A DNA stretch of 63,472 nucleotides, filler included. It is 6 parts of 6 records of this genome, joined end to end, with 100 filler letters (N's around TTAATTAATTAA, not from the genome) between each part and the next. Parts side by side here need not be neighbours in the genome. Positions count along the whole stretch, not along the records: positions 1 to 28,965 come from SRR20825010_1188; positions 29,066 to 46,728 come from SRR20825010_1221; 4 more parts are not named here. One strand, written 5' to 3'. Both the position numbers and the translations under genes were made by a program. The notes below the pieces were generated by a model, which saw nothing but the letters and a program-made list of their open reading frames with translations, was not told where the DNA came from and searched no databases. The stretch's first letter is position 1; each line of letters starts with the position of its first letter. Of the stretch, positions 20,797 through 30,218 are shown one piece after another.

Positions 20797-23481
20797 TTAT
20801 TGCGCTGTCTGGTGATAGAAATCTGGTGACAAAAGCTTTAAAGGCCCTTGGTTTTCAAGCGTGCGGACCAGTTCTTTATGCTCTGCCTTTGAGAGCGGTT
20901 TCAGCGGGTTGGTGAGCAGAAATTCGTTCACCCGCGCGGGTTCTTTCATCCATGCTACAGGCAGCACATGGCCAAAGCCTGCATCACGCACGCGGTCGGC
21001 CATCGCGCCTAAGTCAAACACCACAGGCGGTATGTTGAGCCGGAACGCGAGCGTGAGCGCGTAGTTATAGGTCTCGGGCCAGATGGAGAAGAAAGCCAGC
21101 ATGTCCGGGCTATAGCCACGCAGCATTTCAGCGCATTCTGCATCACCCCGGTATTTACCCATGATCGTGAGTTTCTCGATACTGCCAGAGCCAGTGTCTG
21201 AATATCCGAACAGGCGAAAGGCGATCTTGAGGCCCCGTGCCCAAGCATCACGCGCGCAATTTTCCATAATGGCGCGGCCTTTGTGTGGCCCAAGCGCCCC
21301 CACAAACGCCAGCCTCAGATCGCGGCTTTTCCCCGGCTTGCCTGCCTTTGGCTTGACGGGTGAGCCGAGGTCTGTGTGTTCATGGTGTGGCACCGCTTTG
21401 CATATATCAGCGCGGAGGAATGCGTTGGCGCGGTTTGCGGCGTTCTGGGACGGGGCAAAACACCCCGCACTTGCGCGGATAAATTCCCGGTATTCATTCT
21501 GATAGGTTTCGATGTCGACCCAGCCGTTTACTGGCGGGTGAGCGCCAAGGCAATTGCGGCAGCCATCCACATCCGGTTCACCGCAATAGTCACCGGCGGG
21601 TGTTACAAACTGCCCATGTGGGCATATGGGCGCATAGTCGTGGAAAGTGAAATAGTAGGGCAGGCCGGATTGTTTAATGAGCTTGAGCACCTGTGCACGT
21701 GCCTGCGGCAGGAAGGCCACAAGGCTGTGCACGTGTACGAGTTTAGGGCTGAGGATAGAGATCAACTCCTGAATGAGCCCGGCATCTGCTGTAACGTGAA
21801 GTTCTTCAAGGTTGGGCAGGAAGAAGCCGTCGCCACCATCAAAGCTTACATGTTCGGATTTATGCTCAAGCGAGCGCATGGTAACGACGCCAACGCCTTC
21901 GGCACTAAGCACAGTCCGCAGGTCTTCGATGTTTTTGGAGATGCCGCCACCCCAGTCATGCGAGATGAAAAGGGCTGTCTCGCCCATCGCCCGCTTGAGG
22001 CGCATGGCGTCCAGCCGGGCGCGGGCATGTCGGCCCGCGTCGTGGGCAATATAGCGGTGCACATCACCCACATAGCCGGGATGCTTTTTCAAAACTGCCT
22101 GCAGGCCCTTCTGTTGTGAGAGAGGGGCGTCAGCCGCAAAAGAAACCTCGCCCCGGTGTTTCACAAACACATCAAAGGCCAGCACGTTGCGCCAGCCTGC
22201 ACCGGCCACGCGCACACAGAAATCGTTTTCCTCGCCATAGCCTTTTGCAAAGGCAGCTTCGTCGAACAGGCCGACCTCATCCAGTGCTTTACGGCGAATG
22301 TAGAAGCAAAATCCAACGCCTGTGGGCACGTCCGTGAGCTGGCCTTTGTTAGCGGCATAGGCTGCTTCGTTTAGGCTGGTGCCGGAGCACTCAATCTCGA
22401 AATTATTGTTCTTGAGCGTTTCCGGATAGCTGCAGATTGTCGCGTTATTGGAAAGGGGTGTGATTGTGGCGATGTCTGCGTGGGTATCTGCATGCGCAAG
22501 CAGGCGGTCAAGCCAGTCGCCGTAAACCTCGGTATCCGCATTCAAAAGCACAACATCGCGCTCGGCATTTAAGGCCATACCGCGATTGACGGTGCCAACA
22601 AACCCGAGGTTTTCATCGTTACGAAGCAGGGTGAAAAGCCCCTTTGCTGCTAGTCGCTCCAGTTTTGCAGACAGCTCAGGCTCGGGGCTGTAATCGTCAA
22701 TCACAATCAACTCAGCGGCGTGTTCGGTACCCGCACTTAGTACTGAATAGAGGCAGCGTAGCGTGTCACCATAACCCCGGTATACCGGCACAATGATATC
22801 AACTGTTGCGGCACCACCGTCCGGGTCAAGCGGCTTAACGTCTAGCCATTCTTTATCTGTGGGGGCAGTCGCCTCTTGTGCTTTCCTCAGGCCAAGCCGG
22901 TTCAGGCGTATGGTGCCTTCCAGGCCACTGTCCAGCAGGTCAAGGATGGGATTTACAGCTTCATTGCGGCGATTGCCTATCTGGCGGTCAAACTCTTTAA
23001 TATCAAACAGGAGCGATGGCCTGCGGCCATCTCGCCACCCGCGTTCCATAAAATGTTGCAACGGGTCTGTGCCCGGCGGCAGGGGCGGCTTCAGCGCTGC
23101 ATAATAGGTGGCGTCAAAATAGCTTGAAGCCTCAATCCGCTCTCGTTCCCCTTGCGCATTCGCGGGGGGCGGAGCAACTGTATCAGACGTGCCAGGCAGC
23201 GGCCGTTGCTCTTTTTTTCCTTGGGTCAGATAATGCACAAAAGGGTTGAGGTCGGCCTTTTTGATGTCCGGGTAGGCGTTCAGGTAGGCCTTCACCGAAA
23301 ACCAGGGCGCGGGGTCAAGGCCTTCGCGCCAGCCGGTTTTCATAAAATGTTTGAAGGCAGACTCGCCGCTTTTTGCCACATCCGGGCACTGCACGAGATA
23401 GAAAGCTTCATCGAAGTTTTGCCGTGCAACCGCAACCTCATCCCGCCGTCTTCGCCATAAAGATAATTTCTTGCGCATCAT
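20797..23481 (-). CDS. Bifunctional GT2 + GT4 (ExpE7-like) glycosyltransferase with N-terminal FD..Y/PL.HY repeats
   Basis: VDIIVPVYRG, NLGFVGTVN, GYGEENDFC (GT2); FHDYAPICP, SIWPETYNYAL (GT4); N-terminal FDEAFYL..PDV...HFMKTGWREGLDP. Confidence 0.85.
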   Translation of the reverse strand: MMRKKLSLWRRRRDEVAVARQNFDEAFYLVQCPDVAKSGESAFKHFMKTGWREGLDPAPWFSVKAYLNAYPDIKKADLNPFVHYLTQGKKEQRPLPGTSDTVAPPPANAQGERERIEASSYFDATYYAALKPPLPPGTDPLQHFMERGWRDGRRPSLLFDIKEFDRQIGNRRNEAVNPILDLLDSGLEGTIRLNRLGLRKAQEATAPTDKEWLDVKPLDPDGGAATVDIIVPVYRGYGDTLRCLYSVLSAGTEHAAELIVIDDYSPEPELSAKLERLAAKGLFTLLRNDENLGFVGTVNRGMALNAERDVVLLNADTEVYGDWLDRLLAHADTHADIATITPLSNNATICSYPETLKNNNFEIECSGTSLNEAAYAANKGQLTDVPTGVGFCFYIRRKALDEVGLFDEAAFAKGYGEENDFCVRVAGAGWRNVLAFDVFVKHRGEVSFAADAPLSQQKGLQAVLKKHPGYVGDVHRYIAHDAGRHARARLDAMRLKRAMGETALFISHDWGGGISKNIEDLRTVLSAEGVGVVTMRSLEHKSEHVSFDGGDGFFLPNLEELHVTADAGLIQELISILSPKLVHVHSLVAFLPQARAQVLKLIKQSGLPYYFTFHDYAPICPHGQFVTPAGDYCGEPDVDGCRNCLGAHPPVNGWVDIETYQNEYREFIRASAGCFAPSQNAANRANAFLRADICKAVPHHEHTDLGSPVKPKAGKPGKSRDLRLAFVGALGPHKGRAIMENCARDAWARGLKIAFRLFGYSDTGSGSIEKLTIMGKYRGDAECAEMLRGYSPDMLAFFSIWPETYNYALTLAFRLNIPPVVFDLGAMADRVRDAGFGHVLPVAWMKEPARVNEFLLTNPLKPLSKAEHKELVRTLENQGPLKLLSPDFYHQTAQ

Positions 23482-23655
23482 CTATGCTTTCAAGGCTGGT
23501 GTCCGGCCGCGGTAACGGCTTATGATCACTATTGATTTTTTGGTTATGCGCGAGGCTTTTATCATGGCATTTCTTATCCGCCAACTGGTCCGGCAAAGTC
23601 AAGCGGGCGTCTGTTGGTCATATGCGCCGCACGTGGGCCAAAAGGTGTGTGCACT

Positions 23656-24735
23656 GTGCTGAAACGCTTGAATGTTTATATTGATCAGTCAGACCCCGCC
23701 GCAGCAGTGCGGCTTTCTCATGCGCTGCGATATGAGAAGTCCGTTAATCTGGTCCCGGCCTCCGGCGGGGGGATGCCTGAGGGTGAGCTTTATGAATTTT
23801 TATATGACCATGCCGTAGATGTTGTTTTTGCGCCATCAGGCGCGGGGGAGATTCCGCACTACCTGAAAGAGCAGGGATATAACCCAAAAATACTGGCGCC
23901 CAGCCGGGATGCGCTTACGGCGGTAAGAAGCTTGGTATCAGGCTCCAATACGGGGCAGGGCGATCACGACTACCTGGTGGATTGTTACACGGATTTTTCA
24001 GGTGACCTGCGATACCGGCTTGTTCAACTTGTCCAACAGGCCGAGGCTGCCCTGCGGGTAACGCCTGTGTTGAAGGCGCCGTATGAAGTTGAGATGCTCG
24101 CGGATGTCCTTAATGTCCGCTACAAGCCTAGGGGGGGCTGGTATTTCCGGGCAACTAAAGTGGATGGCGGTGAGCTTCGGCTTGCCAGCTTAAACCTGAG
24201 TGGGCTCGATGGCGCCTCACTCAGTCGTTTGCGAGGAGCGAACTTCCCGGCACTTATGCTGTTTGAGGTCATGGGCCATGATATTGGTTTTTTGCTGCAA
24301 AAAGACCTGCCATGCTCAGCGTTATTTGATGAGGCTGGTGTGCATGTGAGCGCATCCCCGGAGCACGACAGGGTGTTTTTTGACCTTGATGACACCCTTA
24401 TTATTCATGGGCAGGTGAACCCGGAAGCAATCAGCTTCCTTCAGCGGTGCAGAGAGAACAAAAAACCGGTCACGCTTATCACACGGCATTACCGGGAACC
24501 CGGGATCACGTTGGCGGAGTTTGGTATTGATCCCGCCCTGTTTTCGCAGATGGTCTGGATCACAGACGGTAGCAGCAAGGCGTCTCATATCCCGCCAGAT
24601 GCGCGGGCAATTTTTGTTGATGATGCGTATAAAGAAAGGCTGGATGTTGCTGCCAATTCGGCTTGCGCGGTTTTTGCTCCTGATGCGATCCCTGCGCTGC
24701 AGGGTGGGATAATGCAGGAATTGTTCCTGCGCTAG
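23656..24735 (+). CDS. Degenerate ATP-grasp-like domain fused to a HAD-family domain
   Basis: HAD motifs VFFDLDDTL, LITRH, SKA, FVDD; YLVDCYTD..G.LRY and GANFP resemble ATP-grasp C-terminal parts; start uncertain. Confidence 0.55.
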   Translation: MLKRLNVYIDQSDPAAAVRLSHALRYEKSVNLVPASGGGMPEGELYEFLYDHAVDVVFAPSGAGEIPHYLKEQGYNPKILAPSRDALTAVRSLVSGSNTGQGDHDYLVDCYTDFSGDLRYRLVQLVQQAEAALRVTPVLKAPYEVEMLADVLNVRYKPRGGWYFRATKVDGGELRLASLNLSGLDGASLSRLRGANFPALMLFEVMGHDIGFLLQKDLPCSALFDEAGVHVSASPEHDRVFFDLDDTLIIHGQVNPEAISFLQRCRENKKPVTLITRHYREPGITLAEFGIDPALFSQMVWITDGSSKASHIPPDARAIFVDDAYKERLDVAANSACAVFAPDAIPALQGGIMQELFLR

Positions 24736-24741
24736 CCTTCG

Positions 24742-25401
24742 CTACAGATATTGATCGTCAGGGATGCGATTACGTATTTTTTTGGCAGGTACGCCGTAAT
24801 AAAGCCCGCCATCTTCCAGATCACTGCACACGAAAGACTGCCCGCCTACGACCACGCTGTTCCCTATGGTTATGTCCTGCCGTACGGTAGCGCCGATACC
24901 GAGGTGGCTGGCTCTGCCCAAGCGAACGTTGCCGCCGGTGGTGGCTCTGGAGCCTGTACTCGCGAAACTCTCTATAACATTGTCATGCTCAATGATCGAG
25001 CCTGTGTTGATGAGTGCATGACGGCCGATGCGGGTGCCTGTGTTCACGATTGTGCCGGGCATAAGCACCGCGCCGGGTTCTATTACGGCACTGCTGGATA
25101 CGATCGCACTTTCGTGGGTAACGCTTACCCATTTAAAGCTGGGTAACATCTGCTCAATAGTGTTGGCGATGTCGATGCGGTAGCTGTTGTTGCCCACGCC
25201 GATTACGCCACACAGGTCACCGAACTGGTCCATGAGATCCGGGAGTATGCTCAAGGGGCCAAGCACGCTCAGGTTGCCACATGCGCTTCCCTTGGGGTTA
25301 TGGTCACAAACATGGCCAAGAAGGGTGAAGCTACCTTTGGGCGCGCAATCCTGCACCACTGCGGCATGTCGGCCCGACCCTATGATCACCAGATGTTTCA
25401 C
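24742..25401 (-). CDS. NeuD/PglD/VioB-family sugar acetyltransferase (hexapeptide repeat)
   Basis: IIGSGRHAAVV, GVGNN..R, INTGSIIEHDN, YGVPAK. Confidence 0.85.
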   Translation of the reverse strand: MKHLVIIGSGRHAAVVQDCAPKGSFTLLGHVCDHNPKGSACGNLSVLGPLSILPDLMDQFGDLCGVIGVGNNSYRIDIANTIEQMLPSFKWVSVTHESAIVSSSAVIEPGAVLMPGTIVNTGTRIGRHALINTGSIIEHDNVIESFASTGSRATTGGNVRLGRASHLGIGATVRQDITIGNSVVVGGQSFVCSDLEDGGLYYGVPAKKIRNRIPDDQYL

Positions 25402-25437
25402 ATATTTTCCCCAACTGGCGGTTTGATATGATGGCGG

Positions 25438-27291
25438 CTATTTCCTTGCGCCCTCGGGCACCATCTCTTCAAATTGCCAGACCTTCTTATCGCTCGCCTG
25501 TATATCTTCATGGTGACGATAAATGTAATTTGCGATTTCACCAAATTCCCAGGAATCTTCGTCATCTTCCACGAAGAAAGCCTTCTCGGGGTCATTGGAA
25601 AGGATATTCCTGCTGATCTGCACCCTGAGGCCTGGGTCATCCACAAGCCGCACCACGGCTCTCACATATTCGTCCACATTATGGGTGGTAAGCCATTCTG
25701 GCTGAGCCAAATGCGCAACCAATGACGCGTCATTGGCTGTGTGGGCTTCATCCCCTGTCATGTTAACGATTGGCAGGCCTTGGAGCGCCGCGTCAACGAT
25801 GCCGTTTGTTGCGCCAAAGGGGAAGGAGCTGAGGAAAATATCACACTGATTCAGGTCCTCAATATATTGGTTGTAGCTTTTGCGCGGTAGAACCTTGTCG
25901 TGCGGCATAATGCTGCCAAACCGGCGTACAAGTGCATGATGTAATGCGCCGGAAGCATTAGGGAAAAACCAAAATTCAACCGGCTTTGTCGCGAGGTCAC
26001 GAATGCGGCGACAGGCATTCAGGAATGTTGGTGTAATCTTACGAGACCACGCAGGGATGGCGATACGCACCACGTCAGGGTCAAGGCGAATGTCCGGCGC
26101 AACATCGGCCGCGTCGTGCCTGTGTGTGAAATATGGTTTGGTTGGCCGCAGCATGATCTTTTCGGAGAAAGTATTCTCGTTCTGCATTAATTCATCCGGC
26201 AGAATGACATAATCCATTTTATCGGAACGTGTTGTTGCCGGGTGGCCGATGGTCATGATCTGGATTGGTGCAAGCCGTAGGTTTGACAAGAGGATGCTGG
26301 AGAACCGCATGCCAACACTTGGCAGGTATATGACATCAGGTTGGTGTGCGATGATTTTATTGATAATCTTTAATGCTTCTGGGTGCTTGAATGAAAAAGT
26401 TTCTACCTCATGCGCCAGCGATGCCAGTTCCTCATTGGCTTTGGTGTCCGCCATCATCAAGACAGTGTCAAAATGCTTTTTGAGCGAGCGAATAGACGGA
26501 CCATAACACCTGTGCATGGCATGCGCCGAGTTATACAGTTCCGCGAAGATAAGCAGCTTGGGTCGTTTTTTGACAGGCCTGGTAGCGGGAAGTTTCCGGT
26601 CCGCGATTTTTTGATTAGTCGCCCACCTGCGGACGTGAGCGTTCATGCAATATTTAAAGTCGTGTTTATGGGGCGCCTCCGCATAGGAGCAGCCCATGTA
26701 AGGCGGCCCCATAGCAAAAACAGTGAGCGAGTTTGCTTTTACGTTTTTCCAATGATCCGACATTGAGAGAAGTTTCCCTCGAATTATCTCAGCCCTTTGG
26801 GAGTAAATCATCTGCTCGGATAGAAAGCCGATCACCACAGGCAAGCTGGCGGCCGGGTCTAACTTCAGGAGAGCGTTAAACAAGGTTTCGGTCATTGAAT
26901 TGATCGAGATACCCGCGAAAAGTTTGTAGAGCTCCGAAATTTTGTAGGTCTTCTGGCCGTTGCGCTCGGTACCAAAAACGGTCGTGAGGTGATCAGTGCC
27001 CCGGTATCCGCTGACTTCGAAAGCCTGCGCCAATGCCCTCTTATATTTGTTCAGGGTTAACATCATGCTTGATGTGAGCTGATAGTCAGGGTCCATCAAT
27101 AGAGTTGTCACAGCGCTGGCTATGCGCGTCGCCGTTCTCTCTCCCACAACATCAAACATGCCTTGATCGCCACCAAAGTTGTGTTTGCCAGCTTCAATGA
27201 TGCCCAGAAGTTTCGATAGCGGGTCAACCACTTCGGCATATGTGCGTTTGCGCACGGCCGTTTCAATTTCCTGTAACAGTTTATTGGGCAC
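25438..27291 (-). CDS. HMW1C/NGT-family (GT41) cytoplasmic protein N-glycosyltransferase
   Basis: YMGCSYA..PHKH..K, SAHAMHR, YLPSVGM, NLRLAPIQIMTIGHPATT.S, FPFGATNGIVD, PEWL....VDEYV.AV.L; 617 aa with no long TPR array. Confidence 0.88.
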   Translation of the reverse strand: MPNKLLQEIETAVRKRTYAEVVDPLSKLLGIIEAGKHNFGGDQGMFDVVGERTATRIASAVTTLLMDPDYQLTSSMMLTLNKYKRALAQAFEVSGYRGTDHLTTVFGTERNGQKTYKISELYKLFAGISINSMTETLFNALLKLDPAASLPVVIGFLSEQMIYSQRAEIIRGKLLSMSDHWKNVKANSLTVFAMGPPYMGCSYAEAPHKHDFKYCMNAHVRRWATNQKIADRKLPATRPVKKRPKLLIFAELYNSAHAMHRCYGPSIRSLKKHFDTVLMMADTKANEELASLAHEVETFSFKHPEALKIINKIIAHQPDVIYLPSVGMRFSSILLSNLRLAPIQIMTIGHPATTRSDKMDYVILPDELMQNENTFSEKIMLRPTKPYFTHRHDAADVAPDIRLDPDVVRIAIPAWSRKITPTFLNACRRIRDLATKPVEFWFFPNASGALHHALVRRFGSIMPHDKVLPRKSYNQYIEDLNQCDIFLSSFPFGATNGIVDAALQGLPIVNMTGDEAHTANDASLVAHLAQPEWLTTHNVDEYVRAVVRLVDDPGLRVQISRNILSNDPEKAFFVEDDEDSWEFGEIANYIYRHHEDIQASDKKVWQFEEMVPEGARK

Positions 27292-27374
27292 GGTATAATT
27301 CTTCCAAGATATCGGATAGTTGTCGCCAGGGTTTCTGATGGTTAAGTGGTTCTAGCGCGCTGTTTGCAGAAAAT

Positions 27375-28514
27375 CTAGCTTTCAAGAACCTTGCTGACCA
27401 CGGAAGCGATCTCTTGCAGGTCGCTCTCGGTGAGAAAAGCGTGGAAGGGCAAGCCAATGAGTCTGTTCTTCAGGTCATCAATGTGTGGCAGGAGCGTACC
27501 GTCATCGCCCCGGATGATCTCAGCAGACTGAAAAGCGATATGTTCGTTCAAAGGAGGGAAATACCACTTTCTGGTCTGGATACGGGCGTCGCTCAGCGCG
27601 CGTTCCAGTGCGGCCGCCTTGCCTGGCGCATCAATTAGCAGAGTGCCGGGGACATAGTCTTTTGTGAGCGGATGGAAATGCTCCTCACCCAGAAGAGCAA
27701 TGTACTGGTCGAGTACCTGTTTGCGCCGCGCTTGCACTTCAGGGAATCGTGTAATCTGGGCCAGACCGTAGGCCGCCAGAACCTCGGCCAGTTTTGCATT
27801 TGTGCCAACTTCACGGCTCGTGCCATCGCAAAATGCGAAGTTGGATAGGTTGCGTGCCCGCTCTACCAACTGATCTGAAGCAACAAGCAGGCCTCCCTCA
27901 CCAATGCCGAAGGGCTTGGTGGCATGTAGGCTAAAGCAGATTGGAATATCAGGGTGTATCAACTGGTTACCAAGGGCGGCTGCAGCATCGATAAAAACGC
28001 GAATGCCGGTATCGCGTTGAAACTCCGCCCAGGTGTCCAGTTCAATCGGGTAGCCATAGATGGCAACCGGCAGCACGGCGTCAATCTGGTACTTTTCCGA
28101 AATCCGTTTTGCGATTTCGGGTGTCAGACACCAGTTGTCTGAGTCGACATCACAGAAAACCGGGGTGTGCCCGGTTATTTCGATTGAAGCAGCAGTTGCC
28201 GAGAAAGTGAGCGCCGGTGTTAGTATGCGCGCGGGCTTTTTCAAGCCGGACGCGCGCAACATCAGCTCAAGTGCTGTGGTGGCAGACGAAAAAGTCGCGA
28301 CATTGGTTCTCTCGGCGCGCGTGGCTGCCAGGGCAGGCGATGCTTCTTTGAACATGCTGGCCATGGTGTGTTCAAATTCACGCACCAGCGGACCAAAATT
28401 GGAATACCAACGGTTCTGATCTACTCGTTTCAGATAGGGCAGTACATCCTCCGCAGAAGGCAAGTCTGGCACAAGGCACTTAATTTTCCAGTTGTCCTGC
28501 ACGCAGAACTCCAT
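27375..28514 (-). CDS. DegT/DnrJ/VioA-family PLP sugar aminotransferase
   Basis: WYSNFGPL, SSATTAL, IDAAAALG, FSLHATKPFGIGEGG, GTNAKLAE. Confidence 0.9.
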   Translation of the reverse strand: MEFCVQDNWKIKCLVPDLPSAEDVLPYLKRVDQNRWYSNFGPLVREFEHTMASMFKEASPALAATRAERTNVATFSSATTALELMLRASGLKKPARILTPALTFSATAASIEITGHTPVFCDVDSDNWCLTPEIAKRISEKYQIDAVLPVAIYGYPIELDTWAEFQRDTGIRVFIDAAAALGNQLIHPDIPICFSLHATKPFGIGEGGLLVASDQLVERARNLSNFAFCDGTSREVGTNAKLAEVLAAYGLAQITRFPEVQARRKQVLDQYIALLGEEHFHPLTKDYVPGTLLIDAPGKAAALERALSDARIQTRKWYFPPLNEHIAFQSAEIIRGDDGTLLPHIDDLKNRLIGLPFHAFLTESDLQEIASVVSKVLES

Positions 28515-28953
28515 CTGTTGAGTATTGTCTGAATTTCATCATTGATCTGTTCGGCGTATATCTTGCTCTCAAAGCGCACGCAACATCAATTGAGCAGCAT
28601 ATATGGTCTTTCCGACGCTTATAACTGCCCGTTAAACCTAAAAGAAGTGCATTTTTTAAACTGACCACGCTTTGGCCTAACGCAAGGTGTGGGTCCTTCC
28701 AAAGCAACAGGAACGTGGGATTCGGCTGCCAGTTTGTGTGTGATTATGTCCCTTGAAGCGAAAAAGTGTGTAATTTCTTGTTTTTTTTGGATTGTGTTCC
28801 GAAATTTCTGCCATTAGTATGGCCGCAGTTGAAAAGGCAACGTGCAGAGAAGTGCGTAGTTGACAACATGTAATTATTTTAGTTAACGAGGGACGAAGGG
28901 CATGCTCAGGTGCCTGACAAACAAATTCTCTTGGTGCTTTTAGGAGGAACACT

Positions 28954-28965
28954 ATGGCTACGAAT
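28954..28965 (+). CDS. First four codons (MATN) of an unidentified gene cut by the contig end
   Basis: AGGAGG at 28942-28947, 6 nt before ATG; preceded by a ~440-nt AT-rich divergent intergenic region. Confidence 0.5.
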
Positions 28966-29065
28966 NNNNNNNNNNNNNNNNNNNNNNNNNNNNNNNNNNN
29001 NNNNNNNNNTTAATTAATTAANNNNNNNNNNNNNNNNNNNNNNNNNNNNNNNNNNNNNNNNNNNN
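28966..29065. other. Artificial contig spacer
   Basis: 44 N + TTAATTAATTAA (stops in all six frames) + 44 N. Confidence 0.98.
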
Positions 29066-29426
<361 letters not shown>

Positions 29427-29457
29427 GGCCAGAGCAGGACGAACTCCGGAGGATCTC

Positions 29458-30216
29458 ATGAGCGGCTTTCGCAACAAATGCATCGCGTTCGAACGCGTGG
29501 TCGGGACATTCGCGGCCATCCCGCATCCGGTGGCGGTGGAGATCACGGCCGCGACCGGTCCCGATTTCATCTGCATCGATTGCGAGCATGCCCAGATCGG
29601 CCGCGAACGCGTGGAGGAGATGATCCGCGCCGCCGACCTTCACCGCGTCCCCGCCATGGTGCGGGTTCCGGGCCACGCGCAGGAGTGGATCGCGAGCGCG
29701 CTCGATGCCGGCGCTGCCGGCGTGCTGGTGCCCCGCGTCTCGAGCGCCGATGAGGCACGCGCCGCCGTTGCCGCCACCCGGTTCCCGCCGGCAGGACGGC
29801 GCGGCGTCGGCCCCGGGCGCGCGGCGGGCTACGGCTACCGCATTTCTGACCTCCTGAAATCGGCCAATGACGCGCTCGTCCTCGCCATTCAGATCGAAAC
29901 CGCCGAAGGTCTCGCCGATATCGGGGAGATCGCGGCGGTCGAGGGCGTCGACGTGATCTTCATCGGGCCCGGCGACCTGTCGGTCTCGATCGATGCCATG
30001 GGACCGGAAGACGCCGGCAGGCTCGAGGAGGCGATCCGCCGGATCGCAGACACAGCGCGCGCCGCCGGCAAGACGGTCGGCATCTTCCGGCCCGATGGCG
30101 CCGACATCGGCAAATGGTCAGCGGCCGGCATCAGCTTCTACCTCGTCGCCTCGGATGCGATGTTCCTGTCGGCAAGCCTTGCCGCCGGCCTGAAACGGGC
30201 GCGGGCGGCCGAATAG
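29458..30216 (+). CDS. HpcH/HpaI aldolase family protein
   Basis: IDCEHA, ALDAGAAGVLVP, QIET, FIGPGDLS; GGAGGA RBS. Confidence 0.88.
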   Translation: MSGFRNKCIAFERVVGTFAAIPHPVAVEITAATGPDFICIDCEHAQIGRERVEEMIRAADLHRVPAMVRVPGHAQEWIASALDAGAAGVLVPRVSSADEARAAVAATRFPPAGRRGVGPGRAAGYGYRISDLLKSANDALVLAIQIETAEGLADIGEIAAVEGVDVIFIGPGDLSVSIDAMGPEDAGRLEEAIRRIADTARAAGKTVGIFRPDGADIGKWSAAGISFYLVASDAMFLSASLAAGLKRARAAE

Positions 30217-30218
30217 CG

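Noticed and set aside
25438-27291. GT41 protein as an OGT/SPINDLY-type O-GlcNAc transferase
   Set aside because: No TPR array; the length and motifs (YMxCSY, PSVGM, GHPATT, NGIVD) fit the HMW1C/NGT branch.
28954-28965. Calling the truncated gene a flagellin
   Set aside because: Only four codons are visible, and I found no convincing sigma54, sigma28 or CtrA site upstream.
29010-29021. TTAATTAATTAA recurring five times, as a biological repeat or CtrA-like site
   Set aside because: Always centred in a 100-nt N block; it is an assembly linker.
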